From contig CAVWXH010000008.1 of NCBI GenBank assembly GCA_963758915.1, forward strand, positions 9,962 to 73,961: a stretch of 64,000 nucleotides of DNA. The letters are read 5' to 3'. Within the stretch, counting starts at the first letter, position 1, and each line of letters opens with the position of its first letter. Source of the stretch: an uncultured Methanomicrobiales archaeon (GTDB lineage Archaea > Halobacteriota > Methanomicrobia > Methanomicrobiales > Methanospirillaceae). This document shows positions 54,925 to 64,000 of this stretch, piece after piece. The notes beneath the pieces were generated by a model, which saw only the letters and a list, made by a program, of their open reading frames with translations, did no database searches and was not told where the DNA came from. Made by a program: the position numbers and the translations under genes.

Positions 54925-55224
54925 ATGCGTCATGAAATAACAGGTGATGTGTCTGCAGGTTATCTTGTGATAAGATGCGGGGGCTGCAAAACTTTTACGT
55001 ATGTTGACCATTTCCAGGAGTGGAAACTGTGCCCGATCTGCGGGGCAACAATTGATGTACGGCATGCCAGCCACTATCTTGAGGTCGAAGATTTCAGGAT
55101 CGCAGAAAATATCGTGGCACAGCTTGAACAGCACATTCACAAGACAAGGAAAAAAGACCTTTCCCATGAAGAGCGTGATCAGTTAAGAGTGCAATATGCG
55201 GAGTGGATCAGGGGGCAGACCTGA
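54925..55224 (+). CDS. DUF1922-like zinc-ribbon protein
   Basis: YLVIRCGGC..WKLCPICG. Confidence 0.75.
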   Translation: MRHEITGDVSAGYLVIRCGGCKTFTYVDHFQEWKLCPICGATIDVRHASHYLEVEDFRIAENIVAQLEQHIHKTRKKDLSHEERDQLRVQYAEWIRGQT

Positions 55225-55427
55225 CCCCTCCCGGATTATTCGGGATTGCCAGAAACAGGGTTTATCAGTAATTCTCCCAAGCTTGCAGCAAGATTCACCA
55301 ATGCAGTTGGATGCTCTTAATTTTTTTATTGGCATTCATCTGTATTACAAATTGCTCCAAATACTACTTTTATTAAAAATAATACGAAAAAGGCTGGCTC
55401 CAATTACCGGTATGACGAGTGCAGAAC

Positions 55428-55838
55428 ATGAAATACAGGTTTGCATCCCGCATGGAAAAGACTCCCAGGTCGTTTATCAGGGAGATCTTAAAAGTTACCC
55501 TCGACCCGGAAATCATATCGTTCGGAGGAGGTCTCATCCAATCCCGCGCTCTTCCCGGTAGAAGCGCTCGTTGAGGCAGCCCGTGATGTCCTTACCGAAA
55601 GATGGGATGTCAGCTCTCCAGTATTCCACAACTGAGGGATACCTGCCTCTCCGCGAATATATTGCAACCCGCTACCAGAAGCGGACCGGCCTGTCCATCT
55701 CCCCTGAACATATTCTGATTACGAATGGCTCGCAACAATGCCTCGATCTTATCCGGGAAGGTGTTTATCAATACGGAAGACCCGGTGGCTATTGAAAGAC
55801 CGGGATACCTCGGAGTTATCCTTATCCGGCATTTGTAA
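55428..55838 (+). pseudogene. Truncated, frameshifted PLP-dependent aminotransferase (LysN/MocR-like)
   Basis: MKYRFASRM..SFIREILK..ISFGGGL / NPALFP / LQYSTTEGY.PLRE..ITNGSQQ.LDL / E.PGY pieces joined by three +1 shifts; stops at ~135 aa. Confidence 0.85.
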
Positions 55839-55894
55839 CATGCCTGCACGAAATGAAAAAATAATCCTGACCTTGCACCATGAATTTTTCCTTT

Positions 55895-57133
55895 TCAGCC
55901 GTATTTACTTATGATTGCCTTCGCTGCCAGGAAACCGGTTGAAAACGCCGCCTGCAGGTTGTATCCCCCGGTATCCCCGTCGATATCTATAATTTCCCCT
56001 GCAAAATATAATCCGGTGACCAGCCGGGACTCCATTGTTTTCGGTTCAATTTCCTGCAGGGATACACCGCCCCTTGTGGCCATCGCCTCATTGAATCCCC
56101 CTAGTTTACCGACCCGGATTGGAAATTCCAACAGATTTGCAATAAGCGTAGTACGTTGTATCTTTGAAAGATGTGCACAGGTCAGGTCTTCCGGGATACC
56201 GGATAGTTGCAGTAACCCGGTAACGAGACGCTCCGGAATTTTGTATTGCAATACAATTGTTTTTACGTTAGAGACCGGGTGTGATGCGATCTTTTCTGAC
56301 AGGTCTTTTCCAAAAACTTCTCCGTGGACCTGCCCGACAAATGATAACCTGATGGTATCACCGGTATGTATGAAACGTGAGTAATCAAGGATCCCCGGAC
56401 CCGAGAGTCCCTGGTGCGTGAAAAGGAGGTCCCCACTGTGGCTGCCAATTTTCTTTCCCGATCTCCACAGTGAAAAGTGAAGTGAATCGAAAGAGATGCC
56501 GGAGAGGTCAGCAAACGGGTAACCGTCCGCTATCACCGGTGCCAGCGCAGGGGCTGTTTCCTCAATCGTGTGCCCGAGAGACGAAGCAAAACGGTACCCA
56601 TCGCCGGTGGACCCTGTCCCGGGGTATGACGCCCCTCCCGTTGCAATAACAAGCAACTTTCCATAATACATGGTGTTCCTGGTTCCAACAATAAACCCGT
56701 CAGCCGTATGGCTGACATTAAGCACAGGTTCATTATAGTGCAGGGTCACCCTGTTGGTTTCACATTCCTTTTCCAGGATATGGAGGACGTCTTTTGATTG
56801 TAACGTTGCAGGGAAAACTTTACCTGCCTTTGTCGTCACCATTTCAAGTCCCCGATCCTGGAAAAAAGAAGTCAGGGCTGTATTTGGAAAATTCATGAGT
56901 GCAGGTTTCAGGAATGAACCTTTGTTACCGTAGTGTGTTACAAATTCCCTGACAGGTCCGTCATGAGTAATATTACACTGGCCTGAACCGGCAAGCAACA
57001 GTTTTTTTCCAGGTACAGGGTTTTTCTCAAGGATAACGACTTCTTTCCCTGAGGCCGCTGCATTCGCTGCACAGAATAACCCTGCAGGTCCTGCACCGAT
57101 AATTATTATCCGGGTAGTGATCCTCGCATTCAT
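55895..57133 (-). CDS. HI0933/YhiN/BaiN family flavoprotein
   Basis: GAGPAG, GKKLL.AGSGQCN, ATGG.SYP.TGSTGDG, GGYNLQAAFSTG. Confidence 0.92.
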   Translation of the reverse strand: MNARITTRIIIIGAGPAGLFCAANAAASGKEVVILEKNPVPGKKLLLAGSGQCNITHDGPVREFVTHYGNKGSFLKPALMNFPNTALTSFFQDRGLEMVTTKAGKVFPATLQSKDVLHILEKECETNRVTLHYNEPVLNVSHTADGFIVGTRNTMYYGKLLVIATGGASYPGTGSTGDGYRFASSLGHTIEETAPALAPVIADGYPFADLSGISFDSLHFSLWRSGKKIGSHSGDLLFTHQGLSGPGILDYSRFIHTGDTIRLSFVGQVHGEVFGKDLSEKIASHPVSNVKTIVLQYKIPERLVTGLLQLSGIPEDLTCAHLSKIQRTTLIANLLEFPIRVGKLGGFNEAMATRGGVSLQEIEPKTMESRLVTGLYFAGEIIDIDGDTGGYNLQAAFSTGFLAAKAIISKYG

Positions 57134-58155
57134 CCTATCCTGTACCGCAGAAGTGCGGCTACGCCGCCGAGTGCTTCCAGTTGTTTTCCCGGCTCAAAAC
57201 CGGTTGAAAAGACAATCACCCCGGAATCAGACCGTTCGGCCTGTTCCATCATCTCTACTACACCGGGGTCCCTGATCAGTGTATCAACGACCAGTACCAC
57301 TTCGATTGCTCCACAATCCCCCGCGTTTTTCACTTCGGCACGACCATAAGCGACTGGTTCCCCCTTCGAGATCCTTCTCAGGAACTCCCCCATCAGGTTT
57401 ACTTCGCGGGCGAGCTGGAGGTCTCCTGCAAGTTTTTCAAGGGTACCAAGACCTATGACCTCCTGCACTGCCCCTGCACCGGTCCTTCTTGTCTCCACAA
57501 CAACCGCCGTTGCTGCTTTCTCACTCTCCCGTGAACGGAAAAATTTCATGAAGTCTTCTTTGATAAACCCGGGTCCTGCAATTACGAGAGGCCCATTGAC
57601 AGGAGCAAGCTGGCCAAGGACTTTTTCAAAGAAAGAAGTCCTGCTATTTACTTCCATACCTTTCCCGCTCCCCATGGTGATCGTGATCACCAGTTCGGGA
57701 CCGAAATGCCGGATCCTGAAGAGTTCTGCCTCCCCTTCCTCGATGGTGAGGATATGGATCACATCATAGACGGATGCCTTCACCGCCCTGTCAATCCGTT
57801 CAAGATCGGACTTCCACCACTGCCGGATAACGGAAATTTCATAGCCTGTTTCGATGTTCAGGGTATGGTGCGATCCCTGGTCCATTCCATGCTCTATAAG
57901 CCCGGTGACCCGGAGCCGGTTGGCATAGTGGTGAAACTCTACCTTCCCGACCCGGATTCCAAGCCTGACCGGTCTTTTTTCTGCCTTCTCCGGGCGGATC
58001 TTATCGGCGGCGGTGTCCCCAGTCCGGAGGGTGGTCGCAAATACCAGGTCTCCGGGGGCAATCAGGTGGCTTAAATGCCAGATATCATCAATATTTTCAG
58101 GGAAAAGCCTGATTTCGCCGTATGATTTCTGTAATTCACCAAATTCAGCTTTCAT
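57130..58155 (-). CDS. pelA: Pelota (Dom34) ribosome rescue factor
   Basis: PENIDDIWHL, HHTL, AGPGF.K, LGGVAALLRY. Confidence 0.95.
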   Translation of the reverse strand: MKAEFGELQKSYGEIRLFPENIDDIWHLSHLIAPGDLVFATTLRTGDTAADKIRPEKAEKRPVRLGIRVGKVEFHHYANRLRVTGLIEHGMDQGSHHTLNIETGYEISVIRQWWKSDLERIDRAVKASVYDVIHILTIEEGEAELFRIRHFGPELVITITMGSGKGMEVNSRTSFFEKVLGQLAPVNGPLVIAGPGFIKEDFMKFFRSRESEKAATAVVVETRRTGAGAVQEVIGLGTLEKLAGDLQLAREVNLMGEFLRRISKGEPVAYGRAEVKNAGDCGAIEVVLVVDTLIRDPGVVEMMEQAERSDSGVIVFSTGFEPGKQLEALGGVAALLRYRIG

Positions 58156-58188
58156 AACCGGTCAGGTACCTTTCTCTTCATTGCTGTT

Positions 58189-60081
58189 CTACGCCTGCTC
58201 AACAATGTCAGAACCCCCGGGCGGGACAAATGCCGCAACAGCCTCGGTATTCAGGACGGCCTTATATGCTTTCCATTCGCCTTCCGGCACCTTGTCACGG
58301 AGGACCCGGAGCACTTTTTTTGCAGTGTCGTTTGGTTCGAACGTGCCTGGTTTCAGTTCAACGAGGTATTTTGCCCTGGCCTGTACAGTTGTGACCGGTC
58401 CGCCGATAACGGCGACCTCCGGCTCACTCTGAAAGCCGATTGCCGTGCCGAGGGGGACACTTTTTTCATAGTGACGTTCACCACGGACAATAAAGGAACC
58501 CCTTGTGACATATTCCCCGGCTTCCGGTGTTTTACTAACCTGGTCAGGCCGTACGGTGTATACATCTGCGCTGAAATGACCGCTCCTCCATGCCCCCGAG
58601 AACGAGGCCGCAAATTGTGCAACTTCGTCTATGCGTTCTGTTTTCCCTTTAACAATGACGATACTCGCTCCATGCACGTCGGCGTGGACAAACGTATCCC
58701 CCCCTTCCATGTACTTTTTCACGAGTTCTTCATTCTGGCCGGCATCCCGCCCTCCAAGGACAAGGACACCATCGGTGGTATAGAACCAGCGGAACCGGTG
58801 GAACCATTTCTTTTTAAGCACCGGGGCCTGGTGCTTCAATATGGCCTGTTTTGGGAGCGGGCGGTCCATTGCCGCCCTGGCGCCGGCAATTTTCTTTTTA
58901 TACTTCTTTCCCTGTGCAAAATAGCGCCCCAGGTTCACCTCGATATTTTCGTGGACATAAATTGTTACCGTCTCGCCTAAGTCCAGGTCTACGGATGCCT
59001 CTTCCGGGTGGACTGCCACGATTTTTTCACCAGCGCCCGTTTTATTCTTCTTCAGGACTGCTTCAATTTCCTGCCAGGAAAATTTTTTACTTGCTTCATC
59101 GAGTGAACTGATGACTTCGGTGACAAGGGAATAGTTTTCATAAATCGCAGCAACAATTTTTTCGAGTCGTGCGACTTTATTCCTGAACTTTTTTACTGAT
59201 TCGAGCTGCTGTTTCCTGATGACTTCTTCCTTCGTGAGACGTTTCTTCTCTTTCTTCTCCCCTTTCGTCAATCTCACTTCAGGGGAATACAATGCATCAA
59301 GGGCCTCGTTGAACGTTGGGAACGGTTTTTGGTCAGCACTGTCAGTATAAATGAACGGGGTGGAGGAATTACCCGAAACAACAGGATTACGGTCGTTTTC
59401 TGCCCTGTGAAGGAGTCCCAGCACGGCATTCCTGATAACAACCGGGTCAACAGAAGCCGCGGGTGTGTGCTTATCGATACCTGTTTCCCTGCAGATGTAT
59501 TCGGCATATGACCCGCCGAGAAGGCACCCTACGGCGAGTGCCTTGACGATATCACGTTCATCTTCTTTGAGAAACCTGGCAAAACCGGCCTCGTCAAACT
59601 GTGTCGGGTCAACGGGTAACTGGTATGGCACTCCCGGAATTACATCCCTGTCTTTGAACCGGTGGTGCCATAGTGGCTTGATAATAGTAAAATTTTCCTC
59701 GCAGAATACCACGTTTCCTGCATCAAAAAGTTCCACCAGGATGTGAAAGGTGGTATCTGCCTTTCCGATATCTAAAATGATAATACGTGAGAGCCCCTGC
59801 TGCCGGATGTCGAGTATTTTACCCCCTGTAAGGTGTTTCCTGAGTAGCATGGGGAACTGGGGTGGTATTTTAGGGGTGTCCGGGAAGGAAGTAACCAGGT
59901 GAAGGCGTTTTCCCGGCTCTATGATAAGCTGGTATTTTTTATGCTCTTCTCCATTCAGACGGATCCCCAGTGTCTTACCGTCAAACTGGTAGACTTTGTT
60001 AATCCAGAGCGGCAGAAGAGCTTTGAGCTCCGTTGCTACTGCCCTTACATCAATGCCGCTCATCCCTGCGCTTGTGGCCAT
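58189..60081 (-). CDS. rqcH: Ribosome quality control protein RqcH/Rqc2 (NFACT/NEMF)
   Basis: MSGIDV, FPMLLRKHL, WFHRFRWF, GGRDAGQNE, HADVHGAS, SKTPEAGEY; start moved to MATSAGMS. Confidence 0.93.
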   Translation of the reverse strand: MATSAGMSGIDVRAVATELKALLPLWINKVYQFDGKTLGIRLNGEEHKKYQLIIEPGKRLHLVTSFPDTPKIPPQFPMLLRKHLTGGKILDIRQQGLSRIIILDIGKADTTFHILVELFDAGNVVFCEENFTIIKPLWHHRFKDRDVIPGVPYQLPVDPTQFDEAGFARFLKEDERDIVKALAVGCLLGGSYAEYICRETGIDKHTPAASVDPVVIRNAVLGLLHRAENDRNPVVSGNSSTPFIYTDSADQKPFPTFNEALDALYSPEVRLTKGEKKEKKRLTKEEVIRKQQLESVKKFRNKVARLEKIVAAIYENYSLVTEVISSLDEASKKFSWQEIEAVLKKNKTGAGEKIVAVHPEEASVDLDLGETVTIYVHENIEVNLGRYFAQGKKYKKKIAGARAAMDRPLPKQAILKHQAPVLKKKWFHRFRWFYTTDGVLVLGGRDAGQNEELVKKYMEGGDTFVHADVHGASIVIVKGKTERIDEVAQFAASFSGAWRSGHFSADVYTVRPDQVSKTPEAGEYVTRGSFIVRGERHYEKSVPLGTAIGFQSEPEVAVIGGPVTTVQARAKYLVELKPGTFEPNDTAKKVLRVLRDKVPEGEWKAYKAVLNTEAVAAFVPPGGSDIVEQA

Positions 60082-60515
60082 AACACTACCTGGTTGTGAT
60101 GTATTCTTTGGTTCTGCCATTACCCGGACGGACTCATACGGGAGCTGTTTCCAGTCCTGCCCGTAACGGCAGTATCTCCTACTGTTGACCTTTCTCTTGC
60201 ATTCAGGTTTTATATATATCTCATCTGTTCCTATGATTAAAATTGCCTGAACTAAAGGTATTCTCACGAGGATATTTATTGCATCTCATGTATTGACCGT
60301 GTACTGCGTCAGGCACATGAAAGACCATTCCGGGTAGATCACTATTATAACTACCCCTGTCCAATAATAATGAGAAATCAGCAGTTTAAGGAGACCAATT
60401 ACTGCGACAACCCAGGTGGATAATTGTGAAAACCGTGTGGTCCCATGTAACCAGGCCATATCGGGGCCTTTTTCACAGTGTTTCACTCAATAAGAAAGAA
60501 TCTGATGGTGCCGTA

Positions 60516-60885
60516 ATGACCGATGAAACAGCGATAGAAGAGCAGGAAATACCAAGGAAAAAGCTCACTGCACTGGAAAAGCAGGAGCAGCACATCAGCC
60601 GCATAAAAAAGACGGCTATCGCCTGTTTTCTCGGGATCATCACGGGGGTTATCTCGTTCATAATAGTTCCCCCGACAAGCGTGACCGGGTTTAATAATTA
60701 CACCATGCTGGCCTTGTTCCTGATGCTAGCCGGCGTGGTAGTACAGCGTCACATTTTCATTCTCATGAAGCTCTACTACTCCGAAAATGAATAAAAAAGA
60801 CTGGATATACCAGGGGTTCATGACATTTGCCTTCTGGTTCATATCCTGGAGTATCCTGTTATCCACGGTGTCAAAGGTGAGTTAG
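60516..60885 (+). CDS. EMC6-like small membrane protein (one +1 frameshift at ~60775)
   Basis: Two TM helices in the listed ORF; third helix KKDWIYQGFMTFAFWFISWSILL in the shifted frame, stop 3 nt before ABCE1. Confidence 0.75.
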
Positions 60886-60888
60886 GCA

Positions 60889-62667
60889 ATGCGTATTGCC
60901 GTAGTCCACCGTGACCGGTGCCACTCGAGAAAATGTGGTACCGAATGTATCAGTTACTGTCCCCGTGTGAGGACCGGAGACGAGACCGTTGTTATCGGTG
61001 AGGACGGAAAAGCAGTCATTTCTGAAGAACTATGCGTTGGTTGCGGTATCTGCATTAAAAAGTGCCCGTTTGATGCGATTGATATAGTGAGCCTGCCGGA
61101 AGAGCTTGAGCACCCGACGCACCGGTATGGGGCGAATGGTTTTTCACTGTACGGGCTTCCACTTCCTGTCCAGGGGAAGGTTACCGGGATTCTTGGGGCA
61201 AACGGGATTGGAAAAAGTACTGCAATCAAGATTCTTTCCGGCCAGTTACGCCCGAACCTGGGTGAAACTGAGCGGGAATCCCTCTGGGAAGAAGTCCTGA
61301 AAAAATATGCTGGGACTGAATTCTTCGAATACCTGCAGAAAGTTTCGAAAGGCGCACTCAAGGTAGCCGTAAAGCCACAATATATCGACTATATCCCGAA
61401 GGTGTTCAAGGGGACTGTCGCGGACCTCCTCAGAAAAACAGATGAGCGGGGGATGCTTGACGCGTATATTGATTCCCTATCGCTCCGGGCAATCCTGGAC
61501 CATGATATCTCTACGCTTTCCGGTGGGGAACTCCAGCGGGTTGCAGCGGCTGCATGTCTTGCACGCGAGGCTGAATTCTACTTCCTGGATGAAATTACGC
61601 CATTCCTTGATATTCACCAGCGGATGTCGGTGGCAAAACTTATCAGGGATCTTGCTATGATCCGCCCGATCATGATTGTCGAGCACGACCTCGCAATCCT
61701 TGACATGCTGGCAGATACCGTGCATATTGCCTATGGGAAACCGGCTGTCTTCGGTATTATTACCCAGCCCAAGGGAGTAAGGGTCGGTATTAACCAGTAC
61801 CTTGCAGGGTACCTCAACGAGGAGAATGTCCGTTTCCGGGATACGCAGGTTATCTTCGAGAAGAGGGCCCATACCAAGGAATCTGAGCGGGAGACGCTCC
61901 TCCAGATACCGGTGATGTGCAAGACCTACGAATCATTCTCCCTACAGGTATCAGAAGGTGAGATTAAGGCCGGGGAAGTCCTCGGGGTTGTCGGTGCGAA
62001 CGGGATAGGGAAAAGTACGCTTGCAAAGCTGTTAGCCGGAGTTGAATCTCCTGATAGTGGCCAGATGGACTCAAAACTCCGGGTCTCGTATAAGCCGCAA
62101 TATATCAAGGCTGACGTCTCTGATACCGTTGAGTTTTATCTCCGGAACATCACGAAAAAGTTTGACTCTGGTGTCTACCAGCACGAGATCCTTGAACCAC
62201 TCTCCATCGGGCCGATCCTCCAGTCACCGGTCGATACTCTTTCCGGTGGGGAACTCCAGCGCGTCGCGATCGCCGCATGCCTTTCAAGGGACGCCGATCT
62301 TTATATCCTTGATGAACCAAGTGCTCACCTTGACGTCGAGCAGCGGGTAAAAATCACCAGGATGTTCAAGCGGCACGTGGACGGTAAAGAGGCTGCAATT
62401 CTTGTCATCGACCATGATATCTACTTAATTGATATGATCAGCGAACGCATCCTCGTGTTTGAGGGGGAACCGGGTGTATCAGGTGAAGCGTTCGGACCGT
62501 TTGATATGCGTACCGGTATGAACCGGTTCCTCTCTGAACTTGGGGTCACCTTCAGGCGTGACCAGAGCGGCCGGCCACGGATCAACAAGCCTGAATCGTT
62601 CCTTGACCGGGAGCAGCGGGCGAACGGTGAGTATTATTATTACACCGATAAAGCGGAAGGCGAGTGA
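60889..62667 (+). CDS. Ribosome recycling ATPase ABCE1 (Rli1)
   Basis: N-terminal 2x[4Fe-4S] domain (CVGCGICIKKCP), two ABC cassettes with LSGGELQR, YYY C-terminus. Confidence 0.96.
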   Translation: MRIAVVHRDRCHSRKCGTECISYCPRVRTGDETVVIGEDGKAVISEELCVGCGICIKKCPFDAIDIVSLPEELEHPTHRYGANGFSLYGLPLPVQGKVTGILGANGIGKSTAIKILSGQLRPNLGETERESLWEEVLKKYAGTEFFEYLQKVSKGALKVAVKPQYIDYIPKVFKGTVADLLRKTDERGMLDAYIDSLSLRAILDHDISTLSGGELQRVAAAACLAREAEFYFLDEITPFLDIHQRMSVAKLIRDLAMIRPIMIVEHDLAILDMLADTVHIAYGKPAVFGIITQPKGVRVGINQYLAGYLNEENVRFRDTQVIFEKRAHTKESERETLLQIPVMCKTYESFSLQVSEGEIKAGEVLGVVGANGIGKSTLAKLLAGVESPDSGQMDSKLRVSYKPQYIKADVSDTVEFYLRNITKKFDSGVYQHEILEPLSIGPILQSPVDTLSGGELQRVAIAACLSRDADLYILDEPSAHLDVEQRVKITRMFKRHVDGKEAAILVIDHDIYLIDMISERILVFEGEPGVSGEAFGPFDMRTGMNRFLSELGVTFRRDQSGRPRINKPESFLDREQRANGEYYYYTDKAEGE

Positions 62668-63157
62668 TTTTGCCCATACTTTTCCTATAAAGAAAGCTGT
62701 GGTCTGTCAGATGTTTGACCGGAGTTTTTTTCGTTCCCGCCGAACAGAATATTTTTTCCTTTACATGAATTAAAATCCACGCGGTACGACAGGATGAACC
62801 CGCCTGCCTGGGATACGTACCTGAAGTGCAACCCTTTCATAGTGACGTATTCTGAATGGAAATGCCCTTCTGATGTAACCCAAGTATCATCCGGATCTCT
62901 AATCTATCCATTTTAAGGCGACAATCAAAGGGCATAAACAAGCCTCACCATAACCATCATGTAACCATAACCCTGTGTCAGCATATCCATCGGTATTTAC
63001 AGGGAATGCCTCCGATAACTCGTTGTTTTTATAATAATCCAGGGCTCAGACCAGAATATGGAATTACTATTCGTAGGGACGAATTAGTGGACTATTCTCT
63101 GGAATAGTTACTGGTAAAAAAAGGCAGGGGAAATCCCTGTCATCAGGAAAAGAAGTC

Positions 63158-63921
63158 CTATCGCCGTTTCCTGGTATAGTCTGTCCAGCCAATAATACAG
63201 AGTGCTGCAATGATGGATACTGCAAGGAACACAACTGACAAGGGTCCTGCACCCGCCTTTTTTGTGGTGGGCACCGTTGCAACCGCTGGCAATGGGGTTG
63301 CTACAGGAGTTACCATAACAGTAATTGCCGGGGAAGTCTGTGGAGCATCGGCATTGCAGTATATTGAAGATCGGGATGCGGTTGTTAGGTGGTAGCGATT
63401 ACTGTGCATCACCTGACACGAAGTACCTGCTGTTATCCCTGATCCCGAGGACGAAGAAGGGACATCCTCCACTCCGCCATCCACTGCTAACAGCGGATGA
63501 ACTCCCGGAAGATGAATATGCAGGGCTGGCCGTGGTATCTGTCGTAAAAGCCTGGTTATTAGCAATTAGATCTAAGTTTTCCGGGCCACCACTCTTAAAA
63601 GGGACAATCTGGAATGCCTGGACTCCACCAACGAATGAACGTGACAGTGACATTTCCGGCATTCACTTCGTCCTCGGTTGAATTTACACTAAGTCTGTGG
63701 ATTAAAATTATCGGCACCGCCATATAAGTCCGTCGACTGTTGTCGTTAACTCTCCCCGTGTCTCTCCGTTTATTTTTGCTAGTATTACTGTTCCGGCAGG
63801 TGCAGGATTGCCATTCAAAAAAACAGCCCCATAAAACTCCCGTGGAAGTAACCGGTGCTGCTGCGACAGTACCAATCAGCACTATTGCGGCTATAATAAG
63901 AACACATAGTATCCTTCTCAT
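63158..63921 (-). pseudogene. Secreted cell-surface protein with C-terminal TM/basic anchor, broken by at least 5 +1 frameshifts
   Basis: Signal peptide, then LPREFYGAVFLNGNPAPAGTVILAKING in a shifted frame, Ser/Thr linker, TTKKAG + TM + RKRR tail. Confidence 0.7.
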
Positions 63922-64000
63922 ATTTCATCACATCAAACAATTTCGGGCAGGATTACACCCGAATACTCTATTCTTAAAATTTCCTTCTGGTAATATAAAA

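Noticed and set aside
60286-60486. 66-aa hydrophobic ORF in the rqcH/ABCE1 divergent region
   Set aside because: No RBS or motif support; may be a chance ORF and cannot be supported without homologues.

Overview
Core-genome segment of an archaeal methanogen, most consistent with Methanomicrobiales (fae-hps, NikR-NikMNQO, gyrase, Hef, aCPSF1-psmB, HTH-PAS proteins). It has about 55 CDS, 3 tRNAs (Trp with a C/D-box intron, Ala, Pro), no rRNA, no CRISPR and no transposase. The strongest non-genic signal is a family of six ~240-355 bp intergenic elements with 13-bp terminal inverted repeats (GGCTTTGTTGAAA-type). Two copies have perfect 8-bp target-site duplications, all share internal hairpins, and all six lie in the same orientation just downstream of a + strand gene. 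Other notable items: a bacterial-type ruvC-ruvA-ruvB operon next to ppk1; a ribosome-rescue neighbourhood (rqcH-pelota-HI0933 flavoprotein, divergent from EMC6-like protein-ABCE1); a NikR operator and a pair of DtxR-type operators read from the DNA; tandem DUF47-PiT cassettes, one with altered signature motifs; and a cluster of +1 frameshifts in the last 20 kb that may be sequencing error. All calls come from reading motifs by eye; no database searches were run.
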